The translations under genes and the position numbers were made by a program. A stretch of 64,000 nucleotides of DNA, taken from IMG/VR virus record IMGVR_UViG_2706796243_000001. One strand, written 5' to 3'. Under the pieces are notes generated by a model. It was not told where the DNA came from. It worked only from the letters and a program-made list of their open reading frames with translations, and ran no database searches. Positions 56,421-64,000 of the stretch are shown in pieces; position 1 is the stretch's first letter; each line of letters starts with the position of its first letter. Source of the DNA: a virus. Its lineage: Duplodnaviria; Heunggongvirae; Uroviricota; Caudoviricetes.

Positions 56421-57222
56421 AATGAGTTTAGAACTTCGTCTGAACAACCTGATAGTCCCTGTTGATCGCCTTACATTCAAGGGTGGTGAAGAACAGGTTA
56501 AGATCGATTTAAGTTATGCACCAAAAGGTCACATTGGTTTTGTTGACATCACAGCAAAAATCAAGACATCTGCGGATGTTATGGCTCTTGCTCTGCTGGC
56601 AGATGCTTGCTCTCGACTTGATAACATTGATATTCATGCACAGTATGTCCTTCACCTGCCGTACATCCCCTATGCGCGTCAAGATCGTGTTATGCAACCT
56701 GGCGAGGCATTGTCCATCAAGGTTTTTGCAAACATCGTTAACTCACTTGGGTTTGATAAGGTTATCGTAGATGACCCGCACAGTGATGTTTCTGCTGCAC
56801 TTCTGAACAATGTTCGTATTCGGCACCAACATGAACTTGCAGCATCCTATAGTGATGTACTTGCTGGTAGGGATGTTACGATTATCGCACCAGATGCCGG
56901 AGCACGTAAAAAAGCGCAGAAGGTTTCTGAACATCTCCGTCTTCCGCTTGTTGAAGCAGGTAAGGTCCGTGATGTAAAAACTAACGAGATCACAGGTACT
57001 GCTGTCTTCGGGGATGTTACTGGTCGTGAATGTGTCATCGTTGATGACATTTGTGATGGTGGTCGCACATTCATCGCCCTTGCACAAGCGTTGAAGGAGA
57101 ATGGTGCAAAACGTGTTATCCTTTATGTAACACACGGTATTTTCTCATTCGGCAAGCAGGTCATTCTTGATGGTGGTGTAGATGAAATTTATGCATATCA
57201 CGACTGGACAGAAAACTTCTAA
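56407..57222 (+). CDS. ribose-phosphate pyrophosphokinase (PRS)-like protein; candidate ADPR-PP synthetase (Adps-like)
   Basis: PRTase PRPP-binding loop VIVDDICDGGRTF; shorter than bacterial Prs at 271 aa; lies directly upstream of the NAMPT-like gene. Confidence 0.7.
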   Translation: MRRNKMSLELRLNNLIVPVDRLTFKGGEEQVKIDLSYAPKGHIGFVDITAKIKTSADVMALALLADACSRLDNIDIHAQYVLHLPYIPYARQDRVMQPGEALSIKVFANIVNSLGFDKVIVDDPHSDVSAALLNNVRIRHQHELAASYSDVLAGRDVTIIAPDAGARKKAQKVSEHLRLPLVEAGKVRDVKTNEITGTAVFGDVTGRECVIVDDICDGGRTFIALAQALKENGAKRVILYVTHGIFSFGKQVILDGGVDEIYAYHDWTENF

Positions 57223-57289
57223 AATTTCTTGACATAGTATAAAACGGGTGCAAGAATGCACCCACAAATTTCACAGAGGAGAAACAAAC

Positions 57290-58984
57290 ATGCTGCATAA
57301 AGAAAGCCCGATTACTTTCGCTGATTTTTACAAACCGAGTCACATCTCGATGTATGACAAACGTTCTGAAATTGTTCAGGACAATATGACCGCCCGTAAC
57401 GCAAAGCACTTTATCCACTTCGCAGACAATGACCACCGTGTGATGTTTGCTGGTATTCAGGGATTCATCAAGTGGTTCCTGATCGATATGTTTAATGAAA
57501 ACTTTTTCAAACGCTCAAAGGAAGAAGCGATTTCAGATTATAAAGAAATTTGCGAACTGAGTATTGGACCGGGTATGGTGGAAATGTGGGGTTTTGAGAA
57601 GCTACACGATCTTGGTTATCTACCTCTGGAAATCCGTGCTTTACCAGAAGGCACTCTGGCTCCGGTGCAGGTTCCAATGTTCACTATCCAGAATACCCAT
57701 CCGGATTTTTACTGGTTACCGAACTTCCTGGAAAGTGTGATGTCAGCAGAAACCTGGAAAACAATCACAACTGCAACAACATTCTGGCAATATCGTAAAC
57801 TGTCTGAGAAATGGGCTGCTGAAACATGTGATAATAATCTGCATGTTCCTTTCCAGAACCACTGTTTTGCATATCGTGGTGAAGGTGGGACACATGACGC
57901 AGCACAGAGTGAATTTGGTCAACTGATCAGTTCTATGGGTACTGATACCATTCCCGCGATTGTGTATGCAAATCGTTATTACAACATGAAAGGTAAGTTC
58001 GTTTCTGGGTCTATCCCTGCATCTGAACACAGTGTTGCAACAACCAATATCGGTTTCATCGTTAATGAGATTGAAGAAAACACAGCAAATCAAGAATTCC
58101 TGAGCCTTGATCATAAACGTTATCTTGCAGAAGTCGAGTTCCTGAAGCGCTACATCACGGAAATTTTTCCGAAAGGTTTTGTTTCCTACGTTGCAGATAG
58201 CTATGACTTCTGGGCGATTATCACGAAAGCAGCAGCAATCTTGAAACATGAAATTCTTTCTCGTGAAGGTCGTGTTGTATTTCGTCCTGACTCAGGTATC
58301 CCTGAGCATATTATTGCCGGGTATCGCTGCTTGGGTGAGTTCGATGACTGGTCAGATGCTCACACAGCATTACAGGATGATTCAAACTCTGAAGTTGCTA
58401 AGATTGAGGGTAAATATTATCGCATTCTGGTAGATGATGAAGATAATGCATTCTTTGATTTCCAAGAGTCAGGTCTTGAAGATCATGAGGTAAAAGGTGC
58501 AGTAGAATGTTTGTGGGAAATCTTTGGTGGAGAAGTTAACTCCAAAGGGTACAAAGTTCTTGATAGTCATGTCGGCCTGATCTACGGTGACTCTATCACT
58601 GTTGCTCGTGCAAAAGATATCTTTGAACGACTGAAAGATCGTGGCTTTGCATCGAGTAACATCGTGTACGGTGTTGGTTCTTACACAACCCAGTACACAA
58701 CTCGTGATTCACTGGGTATGGCTGTGAAAGCAACGGGTGCAGTTATCGACGGCAAGCAGATCATGGTTGTCAAAGAGCCGAAGACTGACCTCGGTAAGAA
58801 ATCTGCAAAAGGTTTCCTGAAGGTTATTCGTGATGAAGACAATCAGTTAAAACTGGTTGACAATCTGGAGGTGCATGAGGTACAGTCTCGTGATAACGAA
58901 CTCCGTTGTGTCTTCCGAGACGGTCAGTTGATGATTGACGAAGACCTGACACAGATTCGTGATCGGGCAGCTTCTCAGCTTTAA
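57290..58984 (+). CDS. nicotinamide phosphoribosyltransferase (NAMPT/NadV)-like protein; candidate Namat
   Basis: GAGGAG RBS before ATG 57290; ~565 aa NAMPT-family protein with G.DS..YG.GS blocks; terminator follows. Confidence 0.75.
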   Translation: MLHKESPITFADFYKPSHISMYDKRSEIVQDNMTARNAKHFIHFADNDHRVMFAGIQGFIKWFLIDMFNENFFKRSKEEAISDYKEICELSIGPGMVEMWGFEKLHDLGYLPLEIRALPEGTLAPVQVPMFTIQNTHPDFYWLPNFLESVMSAETWKTITTATTFWQYRKLSEKWAAETCDNNLHVPFQNHCFAYRGEGGTHDAAQSEFGQLISSMGTDTIPAIVYANRYYNMKGKFVSGSIPASEHSVATTNIGFIVNEIEENTANQEFLSLDHKRYLAEVEFLKRYITEIFPKGFVSYVADSYDFWAIITKAAAILKHEILSREGRVVFRPDSGIPEHIIAGYRCLGEFDDWSDAHTALQDDSNSEVAKIEGKYYRILVDDEDNAFFDFQESGLEDHEVKGAVECLWEIFGGEVNSKGYKVLDSHVGLIYGDSITVARAKDIFERLKDRGFASSNIVYGVGSYTTQYTTRDSLGMAVKATGAVIDGKQIMVVKEPKTDLGKKSAKGFLKVIRDEDNQLKLVDNLEVHEVQSRDNELRCVFRDGQLMIDEDLTQIRDRAASQL

Positions 58985-58990
58985 ATTATC

Positions 58991-59011
58991 AGCCCCTTCG
59001 GGGGCTTTTCT
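58991..59011 (+). terminator. rho-independent terminator AGCCCC-TTCG-GGGGCT + TTTTCT
   Basis: Hairpin plus T-run after the NAMPT-like gene. Confidence 0.7.
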
Positions 59012-59023
59012 GATAGGTAGGCT

Positions 59024-59311
59024 ATGGAAAATCCATGCAAGTGGCATGAAGTCCCAGTACGAGATTGCCTTACGTGTAATAACACACCAACAAACCCGTA
59101 TTATATTAAGGAGCCTAAGATGTTTGGACCAGTAATGATGGAGTGCAAAGTCTGTAAACAGGAATTTGAAGCTGATCTTGAGGCCCACGGCCCAGGCGTT
59201 TGCATCATTTCCTTTGGCTGCGGTCATCAGATGAACGCCAGCAAGGATAAAACAGTGTGGGTAAACACTAAAACAGGAAAAATTGATTTGGAAGAGGAAT
59301 CCTGTGCGTAG
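59024..59311 (+). CDS. Zn-finger protein (95 aa)
   Basis: CLTCNN...CKVCKQ...CGH. Confidence 0.4.
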   Translation: MENPCKWHEVPVRDCLTCNNTPTNPYYIKEPKMFGPVMMECKVCKQEFEADLEAHGPGVCIISFGCGHQMNASKDKTVWVNTKTGKIDLEEESCA

Positions 59312-59795
59312 TTTAACGCAAGAGTATCTCAAAACCCGTTTGCATTACGATCCGCAGACAGGCATTTTCACATGGTTAAAAGAGGGTTTTTCAAGAAAGG
59401 AAGACGCTACCCGCCTTGGTGGAACAGAGTGTTCTTGCGTTGGAAAGCACGGTTATGTTGTAATACGTATTGATGGAAAACTATACTTGGCTCATAGACT
59501 TGCATATCTCTATATGACTGGAGAAATGCCTGAATTTGTTGACCATGATGACAGGATAAGGACCAACAATGCGTGGGTAAACCTGAAGAAAGCAACACGC
59601 GAAATGAATAATAGGAATGTCACTGCATCTTCAAACACTGGACATGTTAACATAACGTGGGTTGAAAAACGAAAGCATTATGTTGTGACAATAAAATGGG
59701 GAACTGAAAAACGAAATAAAACATTCAGGAACCTTGATGATGCAATATTTTGGCGAGATAGAGAAAAGGAGATATTGAGTGCGAAATCCAGTTAG
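59283..59795 (+). CDS. HNH homing endonuclease with AP2 domain
   Basis: HRLAYLYMTGEMPEFVDHDDRIRTNNAWVNL (HNH_3) followed by HVNITWVEKRKHYVVTIKWGTE (AP2). Confidence 0.65.
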   Translation: MIWKRNPVRSLTQEYLKTRLHYDPQTGIFTWLKEGFSRKEDATRLGGTECSCVGKHGYVVIRIDGKLYLAHRLAYLYMTGEMPEFVDHDDRIRTNNAWVNLKKATREMNNRNVTASSNTGHVNITWVEKRKHYVVTIKWGTEKRNKTFRNLDDAIFWRDREKEILSAKSS

Positions 59796-59985
59796 TCGTC
59801 ATGATTTCAATCGTGCATCTGTACACACAGACCAGAAGAAGGCGTGGGAGCCGGACATCCTTGATGGTCTGGAGGAACATTTCCTTGAGATTGATAATCC
59901 GAAGGAAGATGAGGAAGAGCTTGACCCCAAGACGTTAGCACTAGCAGAATATCGTCGTGGTGTCAAGGCATCAGGGATTGTTTGA
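59779..59985 (+). CDS. hypothetical acidic protein (68 aa, GTG start)
   Basis: AGGAGA seven nt upstream of the GTG. Confidence 0.3.
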   Translation: MRNPVSRHDFNRASVHTDQKKAWEPDILDGLEEHFLEIDNPKEDEEELDPKTLALAEYRRGVKASGIV

Positions 59986-60065
59986 TTGACAAAAATAGTG
60001 ACCACTGATAAGATCTAAGCTATCGAATCAACTCGAAATTCTTAACAACTTAACGGTAGGTCATT

Positions 60066-60311
60066 ATGTTTAAATTAAAGCTTGTACATAAATCAGATAA
60101 TGGAGAGCACATTGAGCACGAATCACACCACCCAACCCTTGACGAAGCGACTGAAGAAGCTAATGACATCGCTTTTTCTACGACTGGCTTTGGCATTGAG
60201 GCATGGCAATACGTTGCATCCTTCGGAGAAGAAGGCGGCTTATACTATTTCTACCCCGTTGACGGTGATTCCACAATCAAGTACGCTCTCCGAATCTTCC
60301 GGACAGTATAA
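60066..60311 (+). CDS. hypothetical acidic protein (81 aa)
   Basis: GGTAGG RBS. Confidence 0.4.
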   Translation: MFKLKLVHKSDNGEHIEHESHHPTLDEATEEANDIAFSTTGFGIEAWQYVASFGEEGGLYYFYPVDGDSTIKYALRIFRTV

Positions 60312-60375
60312 AAACCGCAAGCAGCGCCGTGCTGAAGCGGCGATTACACGTTCAAAGCGAAAAGGAGTAAAAAGA

Positions 60376-60495
60376 TGAAAGACGAATTTGACGGATTTAT
60401 TGGTTACGGTGAAGGCATTCGCCAGGCTGAAGACGTAGATATTTTCGTAGGTTTCGGAGAGGGTATTTCTTCTGATGAAAGACCAGACCTTTGAC
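60376..60495 (+). CDS. putative 39-aa peptide (not in ORF track)
   Basis: AAGGAG RBS before MKDEFDGFIGYGEGIRQAEDVDIFVGFGEGISSDERPDL; internal GxGEGI repeat. Confidence 0.25.
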
Positions 60496-60730
60496 TCAAT
60501 CTTTGAATTGAGCGACAGAGACTGGCCCACTGATACATTCCGTAATTTTTATTACCACACTGAATGTGATGTGTGCGGCCTTCCGTTCATGGGTCCAAAG
60601 AAGGTAACCACCTGCAATGTTTGTAAACAGAATGTTTCTGTTTCGGACATTTCCTGAAGTAAATTGGGACCTTTTGCAGTAAAATAGATCATGCAGATAC
60701 TACTGCTGCACATAACCCAGGAGAAATAAA

Positions 60731-60970
60731 ATGTTTAAAAAGGCTATTCTTGGCGCGGTTCTGGTAGGGACACTGGCAGTAACTGGTTGCACCAGCCACA
60801 AAACTGAGCGTCTTGAAAAACTGTCAGGCGATGTTGCAACTCTCAACCAGAAAGTTGATCAACTGCAATCTGACGTTGATGTGATGAAGCAGGATGTTCT
60901 GATTGTTCGCGGTGACGCTGCACGAGCTAACCAGCGTCTTGACAACCAGGCGACTTCATATCGCAAGTAA
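60731..60970 (+). CDS. lpp: Braun's (murein) lipoprotein Lpp homolog
   Basis: Signal peptide plus lipobox LAVTGC; mature part reads LSGDVATLNQKVDQLQSDVDVMKQDV...AARANQRLDNQATSYRK. It is collinear with E. coli Lpp, including the C-terminal YRK. Confidence 0.8.
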   Translation: MFKKAILGAVLVGTLAVTGCTSHKTERLEKLSGDVATLNQKVDQLQSDVDVMKQDVLIVRGDAARANQRLDNQATSYRK

Positions 60971-60979
60971 TACCAGAAG

Positions 60980-61009
60980 CACCGGAAATAAAAATCCGGT
61001 GCTTTTTTT
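60980..61009 (+). terminator. rho-independent terminator CACCGGA-AATAAAAA-TCCGGTG + CTTTTTTTC
   Basis: Hairpin plus T-run after lpp. Confidence 0.75.
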
Positions 61010-61020
61010 CATTTTAGGTG

Positions 61021-61049
61021 TTGACAATGGTTTCTTTAACCATTAGTAT
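61021..61049 (+). promoter_or_regulatory. sigma70-like promoter TTGACA-17-TAGTAT driving the tRNA
   Basis: Consensus -35 box, 17-nt spacer and -10 box about 20 nt upstream of the tRNA 5' end. Confidence 0.55.
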
Positions 61050-61069
61050 TCATCTCACCAAGACGGAAT

Positions 61070-61146
61070 GGTTCTGTAGCTTAGTTGGTTAGAGCGCTTC
61101 CCTCATAAGGAAGAGGTCGCAGGTTCAATTCCTGCCAGAACTACCA
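61070..61146 (+). tRNA. tRNA-Met (anticodon CAU; could also be an Ile lysidine type), CCA encoded
   Basis: Cloverleaf: acceptor GGTTCTG/CAGAACT, D-arm AGCTTAGTTGGTTAGAGC, anticodon arm CTTCC-CTCATAA-GGAAG, T-arm GCAGG-TTCAATT-CCTGC. Confidence 0.8.
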
Positions 61147-61159
61147 AACAGGAGATGCA

Positions 61160-61327
61160 ATGAAACGTGTATATGAGTTTTTTGGTATCATTGAAAAACC
61201 AAGTATGTCAGAATCATGGAAAAGCCGATTTGATTCTATCAAGGCAACCTCGGTTCATACATATGATCGTTATGACCTTTCACTCGGTCTTCATAAAGAA
61301 GTGAAAAAAGATTTAAAAAACGATTGA
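61160..61327 (+). CDS. putative 55-aa protein (not in ORF track)
   Basis: CAGGAGATGCAATG RBS; MKRVYEFFGIIEKPSMSESWKSRFDSIKATSVHTYDRYDLSLGLHKEVKKDLKND. Confidence 0.3.
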   Translation: MKRVYEFFGIIEKPSMSESWKSRFDSIKATSVHTYDRYDLSLGLHKEVKKDLKND

Positions 61328-61352
61328 CAAAGGAAGTGAGAGAGTTTAGTAT
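61324..61352 (+). promoter_or_regulatory. sigma70-like promoter TTGACA-17-TAGTAT
   Basis: Same hexamer pair as the tRNA promoter; lies upstream of the basic-protein gene. Confidence 0.5.
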
Positions 61353-61396
61353 TACCAACGTCAACGAGACATTAGCAAATAGAGGAGAAATAAAAC

Positions 61397-61726
61397 ATGG
61401 CTAAGAAAAACGCAAACAAGAAAGTTTCTGCAATCGACGCAATCAAACAGCCGTTCCAGTTTGAGTCCAAGTCTACGCAGACCCACTCTGCCCCTCATGA
61501 TGTTCGTCTGGGCGGTGTAACAAAGACGGTTTCTATTCGTAAGAAGCGTCGTGATGAAGATGGCAACGTTGTATCTATCTGGGAATCAGTTTCCCGCGTT
61601 GAAGGTGGTCAGGTCATTTCTGCCTCACATCGTGTTCGCACTGGCAAGACCAAGCGTGAACGCGCTGGTAAAGCTAAAGACGCTAAGGTTGTTGAAGCCG
61701 TAGCGCCGAAAGGTAAGAAGAAGTAA
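61397..61726 (+). CDS. highly basic Lys/Arg-rich protein (109 aa), possible nucleic-acid-binding or internal protein
   Basis: Strong RBS AGAGGAGAAATAAAACATG; about 25% K+R. Confidence 0.55.
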   Translation: MAKKNANKKVSAIDAIKQPFQFESKSTQTHSAPHDVRLGGVTKTVSIRKKRRDEDGNVVSIWESVSRVEGGQVISASHRVRTGKTKRERAGKAKDAKVVEAVAPKGKKK

Positions 61727-61838
61727 TTCCTCCGGCATGGGGATAGACGAAGCTGGCTGCGGCGATGCGTCTTAAAATAAAGGGCCGTGGCAACCGTGAC
61801 GATCCCGTGCAACGTCTTGAAAAACACGGGCCAGATTC

Positions 61839-61914
61839 GGGGTATTAACACAGCGGTTAGTGTAGCGGCCTCTTAAGCCGAAGGTCGAAGGTTCGAATCC
61901 TTCATGCCCCACCA
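61839..61914 (+). tRNA. tRNA, probable Lys (anticodon CUU), CCA encoded
   Basis: Acceptor GGGGTAT/ATGCCCC (one G-U pair), D-stem ACAC/GTGT, anticodon loop CTCTTAA (one mismatch in the stem), T-arm GAAGG-TTCGAAT-CCTTC. Confidence 0.6.
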
Positions 61915-61935
61915 ACTTTATAAAGGAGCAAATAA

Positions 61936-62124
61936 ATGTTCGGATCTCTGTTACGCATGGCTGGTGATGTTGTTGGTACTGCTGTTGCTGTTACTGCAAC
62001 TGTTGCAGAACCTTTTGTGGATGTCGCAGTAGAGGTTGTTCACGCTGCCGATGAGATGATCGTATCTCCGACCGCAGACGTTGTTGGTGAAGTTTGTGAT
62101 TCTATTAAGGACGTTGTACGATGA
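61936..62124 (+). CDS. hypothetical Val/Ala-rich acidic protein (62 aa)
   Basis: AAAGGAGCAAATAAATG RBS. Confidence 0.45.
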   Translation: MFGSLLRMAGDVVGTAVAVTATVAEPFVDVAVEVVHAADEMIVSPTADVVGEVCDSIKDVVR

Positions 62125-62258
62125 GCGGCGGCATGATTTTTCTGGCAATGCTTGTCATTTGTGCGATTATCATTCTTTGGCATTACTGGTCGTGGTTCGA
62201 AAACAACCCGACAACCGAAGAAATAATCAAAGATTCGCTTGACAAACACAATCTGTAA
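62121..62258 (+). CDS. putative 45-aa membrane peptide (not in ORF track)
   Basis: ATGA overlap with the preceding ORF; MSGGMIFLAMLVICAIIILWHYWSWFENNPTTEEIIKDSLDKHNL. Confidence 0.3.
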   Translation: MSGGMIFLAMLVICAIIILWHYWSWFENNPTTEEIIKDSLDKHNL

Positions 62259-62299
62259 GTGTAGTATTTAAAACCTAATTTAACGCAAAGGAGAACTTA

Positions 62300-62911
62300 A
62301 TGTCTGATTCTAAAACTGTAATTTCCGTAACTGAACGTGCCACCAAAGCTGTAACCGCTGCTGCAACCAACCTTTCCAAGGTAGTTGCCGATCTTCAAAC
62401 CCTGGCGGAAGGCTCTGAGCAGATCAGTCAGGAGATTCAGTTCAAACAACAGGAACTGGGACAGATTGAAGTTCAGTTTAACGAAAAGCTGGCTGAAGAA
62501 AAATCCAAGCTGAAGATCAAGGTTCTGGAAAACGAAGAAGGCGTTCTGTCAAACCTGCTGAAATCTCGCGGTCTGGTTGCAATCGATCCTTCTGTTGTTG
62601 AAGAACTGCGTAATGAACTGGCTGTTGCACAGGACAATAACGAAGACGCGATCAATGCCGCTGTTGCTGATGTTAAGCGCAGTGCTGCAATCGAACTGAA
62701 CGCAGCGAAGTCCAATCTGGAATCTGCACACAAAGTTGAAATGGCAGAACTGACTGCTAATAGTAAAGCGAAAGATGACCGTATCGCAATGCTTACTGAA
62801 CAGCTTGAAGCTGCTCGTGCTGACCTGAAAGCTGAACGTGAAACCCGTCTCGCTATTGCTCAGGCAGATGCTGGTCGCCAAGGCGTTGTAGTCAACACTG
62901 GCAAAAACTAA
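62300..62911 (+). CDS. Ala/Glu-rich coiled-coil protein (203 aa)
   Basis: Strong RBS AAGGAGAACTTAATG; heptad-rich and low complexity, so likely highly expressed; scaffold- or PspA-like. Confidence 0.55.
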   Translation: MSDSKTVISVTERATKAVTAAATNLSKVVADLQTLAEGSEQISQEIQFKQQELGQIEVQFNEKLAEEKSKLKIKVLENEEGVLSNLLKSRGLVAIDPSVVEELRNELAVAQDNNEDAINAAVADVKRSAAIELNAAKSNLESAHKVEMAELTANSKAKDDRIAMLTEQLEAARADLKAERETRLAIAQADAGRQGVVVNTGKN

Positions 62912-62988
62912 TATGCTGTGCCGACAAGGAAGTCGGCAAATAATTTGCAGTAACTTTAAAATTCAAAATTAAATGAGAGGAGAATAAT

Positions 62989-63636
62989 ATGTCTACTAAG
63001 ATTTCTGTAACCCGCGCTTTGGCTACTCTGACCAAGATCGAGGGTAAAATCGAGAAACGTGTTGACCAGCTTAACACTGTTCACATTGCAAAAGGTATTG
63101 ACGGTAACCGTCAGATCCCTGGTTCTCTGATCAGTGTTGATGCCTTTGAGAAAGCTGCGAAAGCAGACTATCAGGGCCTGCAAGACCTCCTGAAAGTTCG
63201 TGACGAACTGAAAGCTGCCGTTGTGCAGTCCAACGCAACCACCAAGGTTACCGTTGGTGACCAGGAGATGACAGTTGCTCAGGCAATTGAACGCAAACGC
63301 ACCATTCAGTACAAAGAGCTTCTGCTTGCCAAGCTGAAAGCCCAGTACAACCATGCTCAGGCTCGCCTGAACAAGGAGAATATGGAGTTCGAAGCGAAAC
63401 TGGAACAGGCTCGCGCACCGTACATCGGTCGTGACAAGTCTCCGGATGCTGAACAACTGAAGGTCGTAGAAGGTCCGACCCGCATGATCAGCACCCCGTC
63501 TATCGTTGACCCTCTGGGTCTGGCAGACACCATCCGCTCTCTGGAAGCAGAGATCGAAGACTTCACTTCCAACGTTGACTTTGCACTGTCAGAGATCAAT
63601 GCGAAGACTGAAGTAGAGATTGAGGGATCACTCTAA
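62989..63636 (+). CDS. coiled-coil protein (215 aa)
   Basis: Strong RBS GAGAGGAGAATAATATG; codon usage typical of highly expressed genes. Confidence 0.55.
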   Translation: MSTKISVTRALATLTKIEGKIEKRVDQLNTVHIAKGIDGNRQIPGSLISVDAFEKAAKADYQGLQDLLKVRDELKAAVVQSNATTKVTVGDQEMTVAQAIERKRTIQYKELLLAKLKAQYNHAQARLNKENMEFEAKLEQARAPYIGRDKSPDAEQLKVVEGPTRMISTPSIVDPLGLADTIRSLEAEIEDFTSNVDFALSEINAKTEVEIEGSL

Positions 63637-64000
63637 AATTAATTGCGGGAATTATGAAAAAGATCTTGTAATTCCTGTTTTTAACTGGTAAAGTTTTTAA
63701 ATGCTGTTTTTGGTTAGCGAAGTTGGAAAAATCTTGCCTCTACCGAGGCCGGAGGTTAAACTGCCTCGAACTTAATCATATAGGATGATACCTTGACGTA
63801 TGTTCTTCGGACTACAACTCCGAACGAAACAAACTTCGAATCGCGAGATCGAATAGTTCAAAGTTCAAAACTCAAAGATTAAAGTTCAAAGGTTAACGTT
63901 TAAACTTGAAACTTTCAAAACACAAAGATAAAATTTCGTTGATTATTGAAATCCTGGGTCAAAGGTAATTAGCTCACAAGATATGGCTAACCACACCTCC

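Noticed and set aside
57248-57289. Upstream GTG-initiated extension of the NAMPT-like ORF
   Set aside because: The strong GAGGAG RBS sits immediately before the ATG at 57290, and the extension overlaps a 7-bp hairpin (GGGTGCA-AGAA-TGCACCC), so the shorter start was adopted.
61753-61829. Possible third tRNA (GCATGGG...CCCGTGC acceptor-like pairing)
   Set aside because: No canonical D-arm, anticodon arm or T-arm could be built; kept only as a structured-leader finding.

Overview
This 64 kb window reads as a segment of a large T4-like (Tevenvirinae-type) myovirus genome. The call rests on the gene set: aerobic and anaerobic ribonucleotide reductases (nrdA, nrdB, nrdH, nrdD, nrdG), ThyX, PhoH, a T4-like RNase H, endonuclease VII, a DexA-like exonuclease, a dNMP kinase, a DNA ligase and a GH19 endolysin, plus many freestanding HNH/AP2 homing-endonuclease-like genes. 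It falls into four parts. (a) 1-10.2 kb is a plus-strand 'hyperplastic' early region with about 25 tiny ORFs. Each sits behind a repeated cassette of sigma70-like promoter, GC hairpin and AAAGGTAAA ribosome-binding site, which matches the PeSL (promoter-early stem-loop) type. (b) 10.2-12.3 kb is almost non-coding and rich in repeats. (c) 12.3-54.7 kb is a long minus-strand block carrying nucleotide metabolism, recombination and DNA-repair genes together with a notable set of NAD/ADP-ribose and RNA-repair genes: Sir2, NADAR, a SLOG/DprA-like protein, an Rnl2-like RNA ligase, a Pnk-like kinase, a metallophosphatase and a full-length CCA-adding enzyme. (d) 55.5-64 kb is a plus-strand block with two winged-helix proteins, a PRS-like plus NAMPT-like gene pair (a candidate NAD+ reconstitution pathway of the NARP1 type), a Braun-lipoprotein (Lpp) homolog, two tRNAs and highly expressed coiled-coil proteins. 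No CRISPR array, rRNA or integrase was seen. The most unusual items are the anti-defence/NAD island, a gene fusing five Zn-ribbon repeats to a T5orf172 domain, a Pol-beta nucleotidyltransferase with a HEPN-like motif, the phage Lpp homolog, and several dispersed DNA repeat families (a 15-bp palindrome, roughly 70-bp tandem repeats and an identical 18-mer) that no gene explains.
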